Below, piece after piece: positions 1-11,670 of a stretch of DNA of 64,000 nt. Both the position numbers and the translations under genes were made by a program. A model generated the notes under the pieces. The model ran no database searches and had not been told where the DNA came from. It saw nothing but the letters and a program-made list of their open reading frames with translations. Every line of letters begins with the position of its first letter. The first letter of the stretch is position 1. The DNA lies in assembly GCA_047967505.1 (NCBI GenBank), contig CM106538.1; one strand, given 5' to 3'. The DNA is from Dipteris shenzhenensis. Taxonomy: Eukaryota.

Positions 1-30
1 AACAGGACTCCCACTACAGCAATACATGGC

Positions 31-2331
31 ATGACACCAGACGAGATGTATATTGGTAGGAAACCAGACATTTCTCATTTGAAAATTTTTGGTTGCATTG
101 CCTATGTCCATGTGCCGGATGAGTTGAGGTCCAAGTTGGATCCAAAGGCTGAGAAGTGCATCTTTATTGGTTATTCTCTGCAGCAGAAAGGGTATAGATG
201 CTATAACCCTTCTATACGTAAGTTCACAGTGAGCAGAGATGTTGTTTTTTATGAGATGAGCAGCTGGTATAAACCAGTAAATGTGATGATTGATGTAGAT
301 GCACAAAATGGTAATGCTGCACAAAATTCACAACAGCAATCACAAAATATCAGTGGACCTACAGTGTCCTCTAGCAGTGGTTCACATACTTCGCCATGGA
401 CAGGTAGATTGAGATCATGAGAATCTCCTCAAAGCAATGCAGATAGTGGTACGCAGGTATCACAAAATGGAAAAGAGAAGGTAGATCAGCCCATGTTTGA
501 TGTGAATGCAGGTCACTCTTATGTGGATGGTGAATCCAGTGGCTCAGAACAGAGCATTCATGATGAGTTGGGTATTCCTTCTGTTGTTACACCTGCAGTA
601 AGGAAGACCAGAGATGTTTTGAGAGCACCTGGAAGTGAGCCTATTTTGCGCAGGTCTACCAGGGTTAGGTATCCTATGGATAGGCTGAAATATGATGGAT
701 TTACAGCCATTCACTATGCCTATATGGTCAAAGTGATACAGGAACCAAAACCCACTTGTTTTGAGCAAGCCATGGGAAATGAAAAATGGGAGAAAGCCAT
801 GGATGAAGAAATGGATGCCTTGGAAGCAAATGCTACATGGGAATTGGTGCCTTTGCCTAAAGATAAGAATGCAATTGGCTGTAAGTGGGTTTATAAGATC
901 AAGCACAATGCAGATGGTTCTGTGAACAGATGCAAGGCAAGATTAGTTGTCAAGGGGTATGCACAGACATACGGCATTGATTATGAAGAAACATTCAGTC
1001 CGGTTGCAAGGATGGCAACTGTAAGAGCAGTCATTGCTATGGCTGCATCAAAGGGATGGTCTTTACATCAGATGGATGTAAAGAATGCCTTCTTGCATGG
1101 TGATTTGCAAGAAGAGGTCTTTATGGAGCAGCCAGCAGGTTATGTTCATGCTATTCATCCTGAGTTTGTTTGCAGGTTGAAGAAATCCTTGTATGGCTTG
1201 AAGCAAGCACCTAGAGCATGGTCTGACAAGATAGGATAGTATCTTGTCACTATTGGCTTTCAGATTTCCAAGGCAGATTTCTCACTCTATGTGAGAAAAA
1301 TAGAGAAAGGTATTATGCTGCTTGTCATCTATGTTGATGATTTGATCATCACAGGTGATAGTGATGAAGATATCCTTCATGTGAAAATGCTATTGAAGCA
1401 GAAGTTTGAGATGAAGGATTTGGGAGAGCTGCGTTATTTCTTGGGCATTGAGGTGATTAGATCACCAAGTGGGATACAGCTCTTGCAGAGGCAGTATGGA
1501 TTGGACATGCTGTCCAAATATGGGATGACAGGCTGTAAGCCTATTTCAGTTCCTTTGGAGCAGAATGTGAAGCTGAGCAAGGATGCAGGTGAGCTTCTAG
1601 AAGAACCTACTATGTACAGACGCATAGTAGGAACTTTGATTTATATGACTATTATCAGGCCAGATTTAAGCTATGCTGTTGGATTGGTAAGTTAGTTTAT
1701 GCAGGCTCCAAGGAAACCGCATTTGGATGCGGCTAGACGCATACTCAGGTATGTGAAGTCCACATTGCAGTATGGACTATTTTATGAGGCTGGGGTTCAG
1801 ATACAGTTGCATGGATACACTGATGCTGATTGGGCTGGTAGTATTTCTGATAGACGATCTACCAGTGGATATGTGTTCTCTTTTGGGAGTGCTGCAGTCA
1901 CTTGGAGCAGCAAGAAACAGCCTACAGTTGCCTTGTCGAGCACAGAGGCTGAGTACAGGGGTGCAGCAATGGCTGCATGTGAGGTAGCTTGGTTGCATAA
2001 GCTACTCTATGATATGCATCAGTCTATAGATGGGCCAGTTGTGATTTATTGTGACAACATGAGTAGCATACACTTGGCAAATAACCCAGTCTATCATGCT
2101 AGAACAAAGCACATTGAGGTGCATTATCACTGTGTGCGGGAGAAGGTTTTACTAGGTCTTATTGATCTAGTTTATGTCAGCATAGAGGATCAGGTAGCTG
2201 ACATATTCACAAAAGCATTGGGCGCAGAGAAGCTGCGTAAGTTCAGAGACCTGCTTGGTGTGCAGGAATTGGTATTGAGCTCGAGGGGGAGTGTTGAGAT
2301 ATCGAGCTCCACTCGCGATATGCCAGGGTGA
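31..2331 (+). pseudogene. copia pol (IN C-term, RT, RNase H) interrupted by in-frame stops
   Basis: One reading frame broken by stops at 418-420, 1237-1239 and 1693-1695. The second copy has GGA, CAG and CAG at these codons. Confidence 0.93.
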
Positions 2332-2643
2332 CCGTTGTGCATTTATGTCACCGACTTGTTAGTTACAGATGCGGTTGGTACACCGCCCACGAATAATAGC
2401 TGGATGACAGCTATCTTTATCTACTCTAGTTCGTGGCTCAGTTAGTATGCTACCTTAGTTAGTTGAGTTCGGTTTGAGACCCACATATAGGGTTCTTCTA
2501 TTTCTTTGTACTTGAGTTCTTTTGGCTTTCACAACTAAGAAGAGGAAAACTGTTTTCAGCCTCCACCTTTGTATGTATTCCCCCATTGTGTATGTGAGAA
2601 AGCCGCAAGTGAGACTCCTTCCCTCTCTCCCACTATCTTCACA
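2292..2643 (+). repeat. 3' LTR of copia family A
   Basis: Starts TGTTGAGAT directly after the PPT and ends CTTCACA. Homologous to the LTRs at 40191-40546 and 45470-45817. Confidence 0.95.
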
Positions 2644-3016
2644 TGGCAGTGGTGCCAATCTGTTATTAGGCCCTAGAAAATGGCATTGAGAAGCCTAAAC
2701 TCACATGTGCATTCTTTTAGCATCAGTGCCCTTCTCTAGAAGGTCAGGTGAGAAAACTCTCATGTGATAACCTTCACATAAGGAGAATTGCATTGGTGCC
2801 ATTCTCTGATTCTCTGCAATCCATGTGATGAATCGAACTTCTGCCATTCTCCTTAACATTATGGAGGATGGCACTAGTGGCATTATCCTCAAACTCTCAC
2901 GGAGGATGGCACTTGTGCCATTTTGAACAAACTCACAATCCATGTGTTCAATGGCATTTGTGACACTCTTCATAACATCATATTATGTTGGAGAATGGCA
3001 CGAATACCATTCTTTA
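2644..3016. repeat. Array of degenerate palindromes, consensus GAGAATGGCACTAGTGCCATTCTC
   Basis: Copies near 2644, 2716, 2783, 2830, 2863, 2901, 2951 and 2991 with unrelated spacers. Two more copies at about 4682 and 4741. Confidence 0.75.
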
Positions 3017-3220
3017 ATATAACCATCTTAACTTTTATATTGTGTATATTTGCTTACTATGTGGGTGTAGTTTTTCATAATGCATATATAAGTTGCTTTG
3101 CCTTGGTTATTTTGTTAATAGAAGTGGCATTGTGGTTGTAATATTTCCTACTACACTTATGATTTTCTATTATACATTTCATTGTGTCCTTGGTTCTTTT
3201 GTTAACAGAACATTGCAAGA

Positions 3221-6200
3221 ATGGCTAGCAAGGGAAAGAGAAAGGTTCGAGAGGTGTCAATTTATGATAGAGTTAGTTCTGGAAGAGGATGGTTTTTGGA
3301 TATATACAATAACAAACTTCAAAAACTCCATAAAGTGCAGTGTTTTGTGAACATCCAAGGAACAACTTTTGAAGATGTTGGACAAGTTAAAGAGATGGAG
3401 GATACCAAGATAGACAACGTTCCTTGTCTCAAAATTCATACATTGGGTGGCAATGTGTATCAATTGGATCCTGCTTGTTTTGATCATGCGAGGATGAATG
3501 CTACTGGGGAGGACACGATGATATCTAGGGGTTGGAATAATGAGCCAAAAAATTATACCAACCAACAGATATTAGAAAGTTTTGATTTGGTAACAAAAGG
3601 GATAAAGCAAGATATAAAAAAGAGTAGAAAAGTTTCGAAAAGAACTAAGAAAAGTGATGTTGAGGGATCAAGCTCTCAAGTGTCTCAAAACACATTGAAA
3701 GAGAAGGCTAGAGAGACCGGTGAGGAGGAAACAACAGGTGAGAAGGAAATAAGGTCAAATGGAAAAACAAGCATTGGGGATAAATTGGATGAAGAAGCTA
3801 AAGATAAAGAGACCAGTTTAGGAGGAAAACAAGGAGGTATGGGAATAGTCACCGATGGAATTGGAAGTGGAGGTGATGCAACGAGGAGTGGTGAGACACA
3901 TATAACAGGACATGGTGAGAAGTCATATGAAGCAACTATCATCCTGTATAAGAAAATCCAGCCAAATGTTGACTTTAAGGCACTACAAAAGAAATTGGAA
4001 AGGAAGGACACAAGTATGACAGGCTTGATGGAGTACGTAGAGTACTTCCCATTTGGTTTGGAGTTTGAGGTGTTGATCCCAGTGATGAATTGCTTTAGAT
4101 CACCAAGCCAATATGTGTACAGGACATTGACCCTCAGCTATGTCAGTGACTTGGTCAAGAGTTTTGCAATGAATGCACGACCTCCTGCAACATGTGCATA
4201 TCTTATGCCTTACCACATAGGCACAAATACTCCGATGTGCAAGGAAGAGATAAAGGTGGAAAAGTTAAAGGATTATAATTATTGGATTCTTGCAGGGCAA
4301 CATTCGATTTATGCTGTAAGGATGTTTATAACTAAAGCACGTGGAGAAGCCTTCAATCAACGAAAAGGTTTCTATACACAGAGGAAGGCGAGAATTGTTG
4401 TCAATGCACTAGTTGAAGCAAGTTGTAAGATATCATCAATGGCCAACATGGAGGCACAGACCGTTTGGAAAAATCATCCATATATCAATATCTTACAACA
4501 CCTAAGGGCTCAGTGGGTTGCATTCAAACGACCAAAGAAACCAGCCCAAGGCCTTGTCAAAGGGCATAAAGATAAACAAAGTTGGGATGTGAGTAATAAA
4601 CTTTGTTTTGTATGCATTTTTTATTTCAAGAATGTTTATGGCTTTGTAAAAGAAATGATAGTAGTGTTAATTCCCTGATGTGAGAATGGCACTAATGCCA
4701 TTCTTCTAGTTACCAAGTCATGCTTTTGACATGGTAATGGGAGAATCGCACTAGTGTCATTATTATCTCTATTACATGATTTGGATTAGAAGAATGTCTA
4801 AGATGATTTTGGTTTTTTTTAATAGAATTTTGTAGGAGTAGCAAGCGTATCGATGGGCGCAAACTTTGCTACCAAGGACACACACATGGTCACATATGAT
4901 GATGACATCTACGAACAATGGATTAGGATTTTGACATTGGTGAAGCAGGGTGATCTTGAGGGTCAAAATCCCACAATAACATATATGAGGTGTCTACTAG
5001 GATTGGAAGACGAAGATGTACGTGCACTTCAAGCAGAGATTGAGTCTAAAGAAATAGTCTTGGTCAAGTCAAGCAAAGACAAGGACTCCATTGAAATGTC
5101 TCAACGGGCAATGGAGATTAAGCATGATAGAGCCCTAAAAGAAGTGCTCATTAAGGAGTTCAACTCACTTCACCCTTCGCCCCAACATCAAACATGGGAT
5201 TCCCTTGCAATTTACTTTAAAATTGATTCAATTGTTTATCAGAGCTTCAAGGGTTCATGTGAGTCATGGGTCAAAGAGAAGCTGCAAGTTGGCCAGTCCA
5301 CACCTGATTTCCCAAAAGCCGCATCAATCTATGTTGATTGGGTGATTAGTTCAATAGAGGGTAACAAGTCTACATCGCAGTCTTGTTTTCCTCGGACAAT
5401 TATTCAAGTGAACATGGAGATGGAGGGGGAGAGCTTTCTAACACGTCACTCCAAGGGACAACTTCCAATTAGCTTGTGTGTGCTTGACACCTCAAAGGGA
5501 TCTACCAAAGGCATGTGTTGGGATAAGGATGCCTTCAAGAAGTTGCTCTGTGGCTTGATGGAGACCGTTGCCACTCCGTCACATTATGTATTGCTATCAT
5601 TTATGAAAATGACAGAGATGGTAAATCTCAAGGAAGCAATGATAGAGGCTCGATTTTGGCATAGAAGGTTTGTGGGTGTTATCCATGAATCAGAGAGTGC
5701 ACAAAAGGGTTTGTCTGAGACCTTCTATTTTTTGTCATTTGTAAGCTCACATGATGGGTTTGATGGATTTGAGAACATGTTAGAAAACACAAGGCCATAC
5801 ACAATAATTGAGGACAATATTCTTGTAGTATGGAACATGAAGTTGTTGTGACGTCTTTACTAATGGATGTGTGGCATTACAAGCATTGTCAAGCAAAAGA
5901 AAAGTGATCTCACTGGTGAAGACATCCCAACAGGGGACAGAGGTCGAGGCTATGTGTGTGGCACATGCATCAAATAATCCCCATAGTAAGATTTGGTCTA
6001 GCATTGAGAGGCCTCTTGAGACACATAGAGCTAATTCACCTATCAATGAAGGAACTAAAGAGGGTGAGCATCACATTGAAGACTTGCGACCTTTAACTGA
6101 AGCAGATCTTGAAGCTATCCCAAAGATTACATTGGAAGATTTGGAGCAAGGTCCAAAGGAATAGGAGAATCTGAAGTATGAGTATTACCAAAAAGCGAGT

Positions 6201-6256
6201 GACACAAATAGAGTGGGTCAAAAAAAGCGGGCTAGTAAAACAATAAAAGATTTATA
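3221..6256 (+). pseudogene. Spliced orphan gene, probably TE-borne and degenerate, with SANTA-like, ParB/Srx-like and methyltransferase-like segments
   Basis: ORF 3221-4588 has a GTGAGT donor at 4589 and a poly-T/TAG acceptor ending at 4825, which joins it in frame to ORF 4853-5851. A frameshifted continuation (5850-6164) reads on past a TAG to 6256. Motifs: YWILAGQHS and DVFTNG..ALQALSSKRKVISL. Confidence 0.6.
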
Positions 6257-6697
6257 AATCGCCTATTTGAGGAGCAAAAAAATATAATTTATTCAAATTT
6301 TCATATGTTTCCTCAATGCTAGAAGGTTAAATATGCATATAACTTTAAAGTTTAAAGCCACTAACACAAATTTCACATCACCCATATTTGAGTTGGCACG
6401 TTTCACTACCAAGTCATCATTAGTATGAAAGACAGACCCTACAATAATTAACTCTCTCTTTCCACCATAGTAATTGAGATCATCAATGCAAACTTCCACA
6501 CCAGTGGGGCATTTCCAAGGACTCCTGGAATGGATTAGTCTACATTCCATGCATATGTAAATGCTTAGTGGAACAAAAAACATGTTTCTTTATCTACTGC
6601 AAAAACATTCCTCCCTAATGATTCACTCTTCCAATGCACTAATCCAACTAGTGCAATAAATTAACCACAAATTCATATTTTGGTGGATGAAATTTTA

Positions 6698-7025
6698 CTA
6701 GATGGTGCAAAAAGGCATGCCATTTGATTTTATATGTAACCTGAGCCCATTTGGACTTGTAAATCAAAGGATGCAGGGATGTGAAAATGTTATTTTTTGG
6801 GCCAGAATTGGGAGGGCATCAACATGCTCCCAAATTTGGCCCAAAAATGACAATTTTCACATTCTTGTATCTTTGCAAGGTCAAAATTTGGTTTTTTGGC
6901 CCAAAAAATGAGTTTTGGACATCCCTGCATATTTTGATTCTCAAATCAAAATGGCATAGTGTTACATATTAAATAAAATGGCAAGACATGATTTAGATGA
7001 ATATCATGCCCTTTTGCACCATCTA
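6698..7025. mobile_element. Fold-back / MITE-like long imperfect inverted repeat
   Basis: TAGATGGTGCAAAAAGGCATG (6699-6719) pairs with CATGCCCTTTTGCACCATCTA (7005-7025). Inner arms also pair (ATATGTAAC/GTTACATAT, ATGCAGGGATGT/ACATCCCTGCAT). Confidence 0.7.
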
Positions 7026-7564
7026 AAAAAATTGTGTGCATTAGATTATTGATTGTATGAATTTTTGGCCGATATGTTGCACCAAATTTAAAGCAAGTTT
7101 TTGCATTAATAGGGTGTGAGAAGACACTGTTTATTTTGGCAAATAAAATAGCAAAATTTTTAACATCCTCTACCTTTTGATTATGCTCGGGGGTTCACTT
7201 TTATAAACCCATAAAGCATGTGCGAGCAAGTACATGTTAAAAATTACCCCTATTCTTGCATTTTTACATTTTTGCATGTAATTGGATAAACCCTTGTACA
7301 TGTTTACATTGTGACACCCCTTCATAAATCTCCATATAACACTTATTTCCTTAATTTTTGACTTATCAATGTACAAAATCATTTTTACGGATACTTTTGG
7401 ACTAGTTTTTGGATAAAATTTAAGCTCTTCAAAGCACAGATGAAAACATAAAAACAAGCAATTTTTTAGATATTTTTGAAGGAGATGAAATCAAAATTAT
7501 AAAATTTAACGTGACACAGATAAGTTCCACCAAAAGATAAGATTCAGCACTTGTAAACTCTCGT

Positions 7565-7680
7565 AATATTTATAATGGTGTTAACAAACACTTTCAAAAG
7601 TTACAATAAGCAAACTGTCATAATATTTATAATGGTGTTAACAAACACCTTCAAAAGTTATAATGGTGTTAACAAACACC
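7565..7680. repeat. Short tandem repeat of TATAATGGTGTTAACAAACAC (3 copies)
   Basis: Direct repeats are visible at about 7571, 7628 and 7659. Confidence 0.8.
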
Positions 7681-8641
7681 AAAAGCTACTATATGCCTCT
7701 CACTGGACGGCATTAATATTTTCCATTTCTATCCTAGATTCAACCCATTCCTCTGCTGAGACCATCTCATCATAATCAATGTAGTTAAAACTACAAAAGA
7801 GAAGTAAAGAATTATAATTTTTTTCCTAGATAGCACTTTCTTGATTCTGTATGGCTTTCACTTCATGGGGTGGAAATCTCCCATAATGAGTGCTATGCAA
7901 AGTGACCTCACTTAGAAAGTCTGTTAGCTCTCTTCTATATGAAAGTAATCTATTTATTTCACTAGTGGACCTACTTATTTTCTGCTCTCCTCCTTCTCTA
8001 GGCAATTCTGAAGAGAAAACTCCTCCTTTTTGTCTTGGGTTAATGGAGCTCATCGTCTCTTTCTTTGCTCTCTGTTCACCTCGTTCTCGGCGACGGTGAT
8101 CCAATCTTTGTTGGTGCTAATGGTTTCCTCCACACAATTGATGACTTTGAAAAGATCCATGAAGCTTTAAGGTATGAGAATATGGAATGAGGAACAAGAG
8201 AAAGTGAGGAGTAAGGTGAGATGGAAGAAGAGTTCAAGAGTAAGGATGTGAGATGAAACAAGAGTGCAAGAATGGTAATGGGAGTAGACTTCAAGGCAAG
8301 ATGGAAGAAGGGTTTGAGAGTAAGGCTATAAGATGAGCACAAGAATGGTAATGGGATTAGAATATAGCCTGAGAGTAAGGCTACAGGCAAGATGGAAGGA
8401 GTAAGCTTGAGGAGAGGACAAAGGTAATGAGAGCAAAGTGGAAGAAGAGTTTGAGATAAAGCTACGGGTGAGATGTAGAAAACAAATGACTAGAGAGTGA
8501 TCTATAGTATTGCAGACTCATAATGTGAGATGAAAGATTTAGAATAAAGAATTGTGAGAGGCTTAGATGTTGCTATGATGATGGTTGGAGAATGCTAGAC
8601 TACTAGATTGTGTGAAGTAATAGATGCAAGACCATAATGAG

Positions 8642-8753
8642 CATGAGATATTTATTATATATAATAAGTTAGACTTTAAATGAAGACAAGTGATATAATT
8701 ATCAGATTCCAATCATGAGATATTTATTATATATAATAAGTTAGACTTTAAAT
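8642..8753. repeat. Direct duplication of about 40 bp
   Basis: CATGAGATATTTATTATATATAATAAGTTAGACTTTAAAT occurs twice. Confidence 0.8.
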
Positions 8754-9679
8754 AAAGTGAAACTGATTAAATAAATTGAGAGAGGACGAGTTGATGATGA
8801 GTACACTCTACTAGATAGTGTGAGGTAACAAGTGCAAGACCAGAATGTGAGACGATAGATTTTCAATAAAGTGAGATCTAAGAAATAATTATTATATTCT
8901 TATGATGAGAGACTATTTAATGTATATAATAGATTGGAATGAAAGTTTTTTTTTTTTTCATCATCACACATTTCATTAGGGGAGAATTTGGGTCTCCAAA
9001 GGGCCCCCAATTAGTGTTTCCTAGTTTCAAGGGGTTAGTGAGGGATTTAAGGTGTACCAATAGGAATGCTCCTTTTTGTGGGGCAATGCCATGTTGAGGT
9101 GGCATGTGCATAATAAATGCCCAAGGAAATAGGTGGTTTCAATTGGAAAAACCATGGTTTGTGGTGAAAGAAAACCATGGATTTTGAGGAGAAAACCATG
9201 AAGTTGGGGGAGGAAGAAGCGTGTGCTTCCATGTGTCCTTGAGCACCAAAAATTCAAAATTTTCCCCACCTACAAAGGCATGCATGGCAAGTGGCCTTGC
9301 AGGTGGGAGGAAGGAGGAAATCCCATGATAGTGACATGTGGCCTTGCACTTCCCAAAGTAAGGACTAGAACAGTGAGCAACCTCGTGCGGTTGCCACATG
9401 GCACAACAACTCGCCGCCACCCACCCAACCTACCTGCCAAAAAGTAATTACGTGACTAGCGTGCCCATGGAGAATGGAACCCATAACCTCCTATACATCA
9501 TTCATGAGCCTTGACCACTAGGACACCAAGCCAATGGTGACACTTCTCCCTGCCACGTGAAATATAAAATAACCCCACTTCTTCATTTGGTGGATCCTTG
9601 GGCATAAATGCAAAGCAAAACCATGTACAGTCTTCTAAAACCACTTTGTCCACCTTTATGACCCCTACAGATAGGATTG

Positions 9680-11670
9680 TATTAAGGAGACTAATCTTTT
9701 GCTAACTCCACAGTTGGTCTAGATCAAGATCAAAGGGGATTATATCATCCTTAGAGGAGAGAACTCTTAATTAGTCAATCGAAGCCATGCCCAAAAATTC
9801 CCAAATAGTTCCTACTTGAAGTCAGTCCCTACACTCACATGCAATTTCACATCATCATATTTCCTAAAACCCAACCACCTTCAGTTTAGTGAGAAAACTT
9901 CAAAATTTTCAAAGGCATTGGTTGATTGTTCAGTGGGTAGATTGTACATCGTTTGATTTTTGCACTCACATGCCATCATTATAAAGCCTATCAGCAGGTA
10001 TTTTCTTACTTTGTGCACACTATTTGAGCCTTGTAAAGCGTCTTGAATATTACCGGCATCATTTGCCACACAAGACTTTTATCAAATTGGATATATATTA
10101 CAATTATATCTTCACTGATAATTCAGATTGCACTTGATATAGACAATGTTTTGCAGTTGATTCAAACAATGTTTTTCACAAGCACTTTGAGTACTATTTA
10201 TTGCATCATGTCTACCACTAGCAACCTCGATTTGGATGCATCTGCTAATTTAGGCGATTCTAATTATGGCACATGGAAATACCAAATGGAGACCATTATT
10301 GTATGTCAAGACAAATGGGACTATCTCAATGGGTCTACACCTCGACCATCCAATGAACCAGCACTTGCTCCTGCCATTGCCATTTGATTAAAAAAATGTA
10401 CAAGATGTCATGCTTGGATTGCTCAACATGGTGAAGCATCCAAAGAAGCATGGGATATGTTTGCAGCTCTTTACGAGTCTAAGAACACATCCACAATCCT
10501 CACACAGAGAAACTAAATCAACCAGAAATTCTACAATAACAATGAAATTGGTCATGCTTACATACTTGGAATCAAGGATTACAACAATTAACATATAGCA
10601 GTAGGAGAGACTATGAATTCCATGAAAATGGTTCACTAGGAGAGGGATACGAGAATCTAGTCTAGGGTATTTCCATTCAATGGTAAATTTCAACAGTGGA
10701 AGAGCTGCAATCAGTGCTACTTGGGGAAGAACTCAGGACTCAATCCATTCAAGCACGAAAAAGTCATTCCAATGATCAAGCATTCACAGGTTCAGATAGA
10801 GGTAATTTAGGCAGAGGTAGATCATCTCAAAGGAGTGGTCAGTAGCATCAAAGTCATCAGTAGTAGTATCAGCACCCGCATCCGCAACACCATCAACATC
10901 AGTTTCCAAGAGGAATTCATTCCAACAGAGGAGGATTTCAAGGACGAGGGAATGCATCCACCAATGTGTCAAACATTTAGTGAAACTACTATCATAAGTT
11001 TGGACACAACAAAAGAGATTGTTGCAAGAAGCAGTACAAGCAAGGAAGTCAATCTAGTAGCAATCAAGGAAATATTCCATGGAAGAGTAAATCATCATAG
11101 TGTACATTCAAGTCACTGTCATTATGCTAATGAACCACAGAATATGTTTCTTGCAAGTGAGGATATGTAGAAGACTGGTACGATGTATCTCAACATTGAT
11201 TTCAATTCAAAAGGAGAATGCAATTATCAAGTTGATTAAGTAGATCAAGATCCTTGGTACATCGATAGCAGCACGTCATCTCATATGACAAAGCATCAGG
11301 AATGGTTCACAGAAATGAAACCATTAGAAGGATAGAAGAACATTATCTACATTGGATATAACACACCAAATCTAGTTAAGGGAAAGGCATTGTCCTTATG
11401 AACGATTTGACTCGTACAAAAGGATTGGTAAAAGATGTACTCTATGTTTCAAAGCTCATCAAGGACCTCTTGTCAATCTAGAGAGTCATCTTTGATGGAG
11501 ATGAATGCACCATCAAAGACGAATCCAAAGGATATCAGCTAGTAGGAAAAGCATTCAAGGAAGGACGCTTATTCATAATGCTAGCTTCAATAGTAGATTT
11601 GCATGCTTTGTTAGCTCAGCAGCAACTGATGCCACTTTCCATAGAGATATGGACATGTCAATTTCAAAAG
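9680..11670 (+). mobile_element. Old truncated copia family B fragment (leader, gag, protease)
   Basis: MSTTSNLDLDASANLGDSNYGTWKY matches MSTSNLNLEASAKLDNSNYGTWKY of the element at 54290-61546. DPWYIDS protease motif near 11250 and RYGHVNFK near 11645. Many stops and frameshifts. Confidence 0.88.

Larger units (their letters stand above)
1..2643 (+). mobile_element. Ty1/copia LTR retrotransposon, family A, 3' half (the 5' part lies outside the window)
   Basis: Integrase C-terminus (GCIAYVH..KLDPKAEKCIFIGY), RT ([15 protein letters not shown]) and RNase H (DADWAG, RTKHIEVHYH) in copia order. PPT GAGGGGGAG at 2283-2291, followed by a TG...CA LTR. Near-identical to 43100-45817. Confidence 0.97.

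Noticed and set aside
6293-8390. Short minus-strand ORFs (6293-6583, 7826-8104, 8076-8390) as partner genes of the ParB-like gene
   Set aside because: They are short and show no recognisable domain, so they cannot be supported without homology searches.
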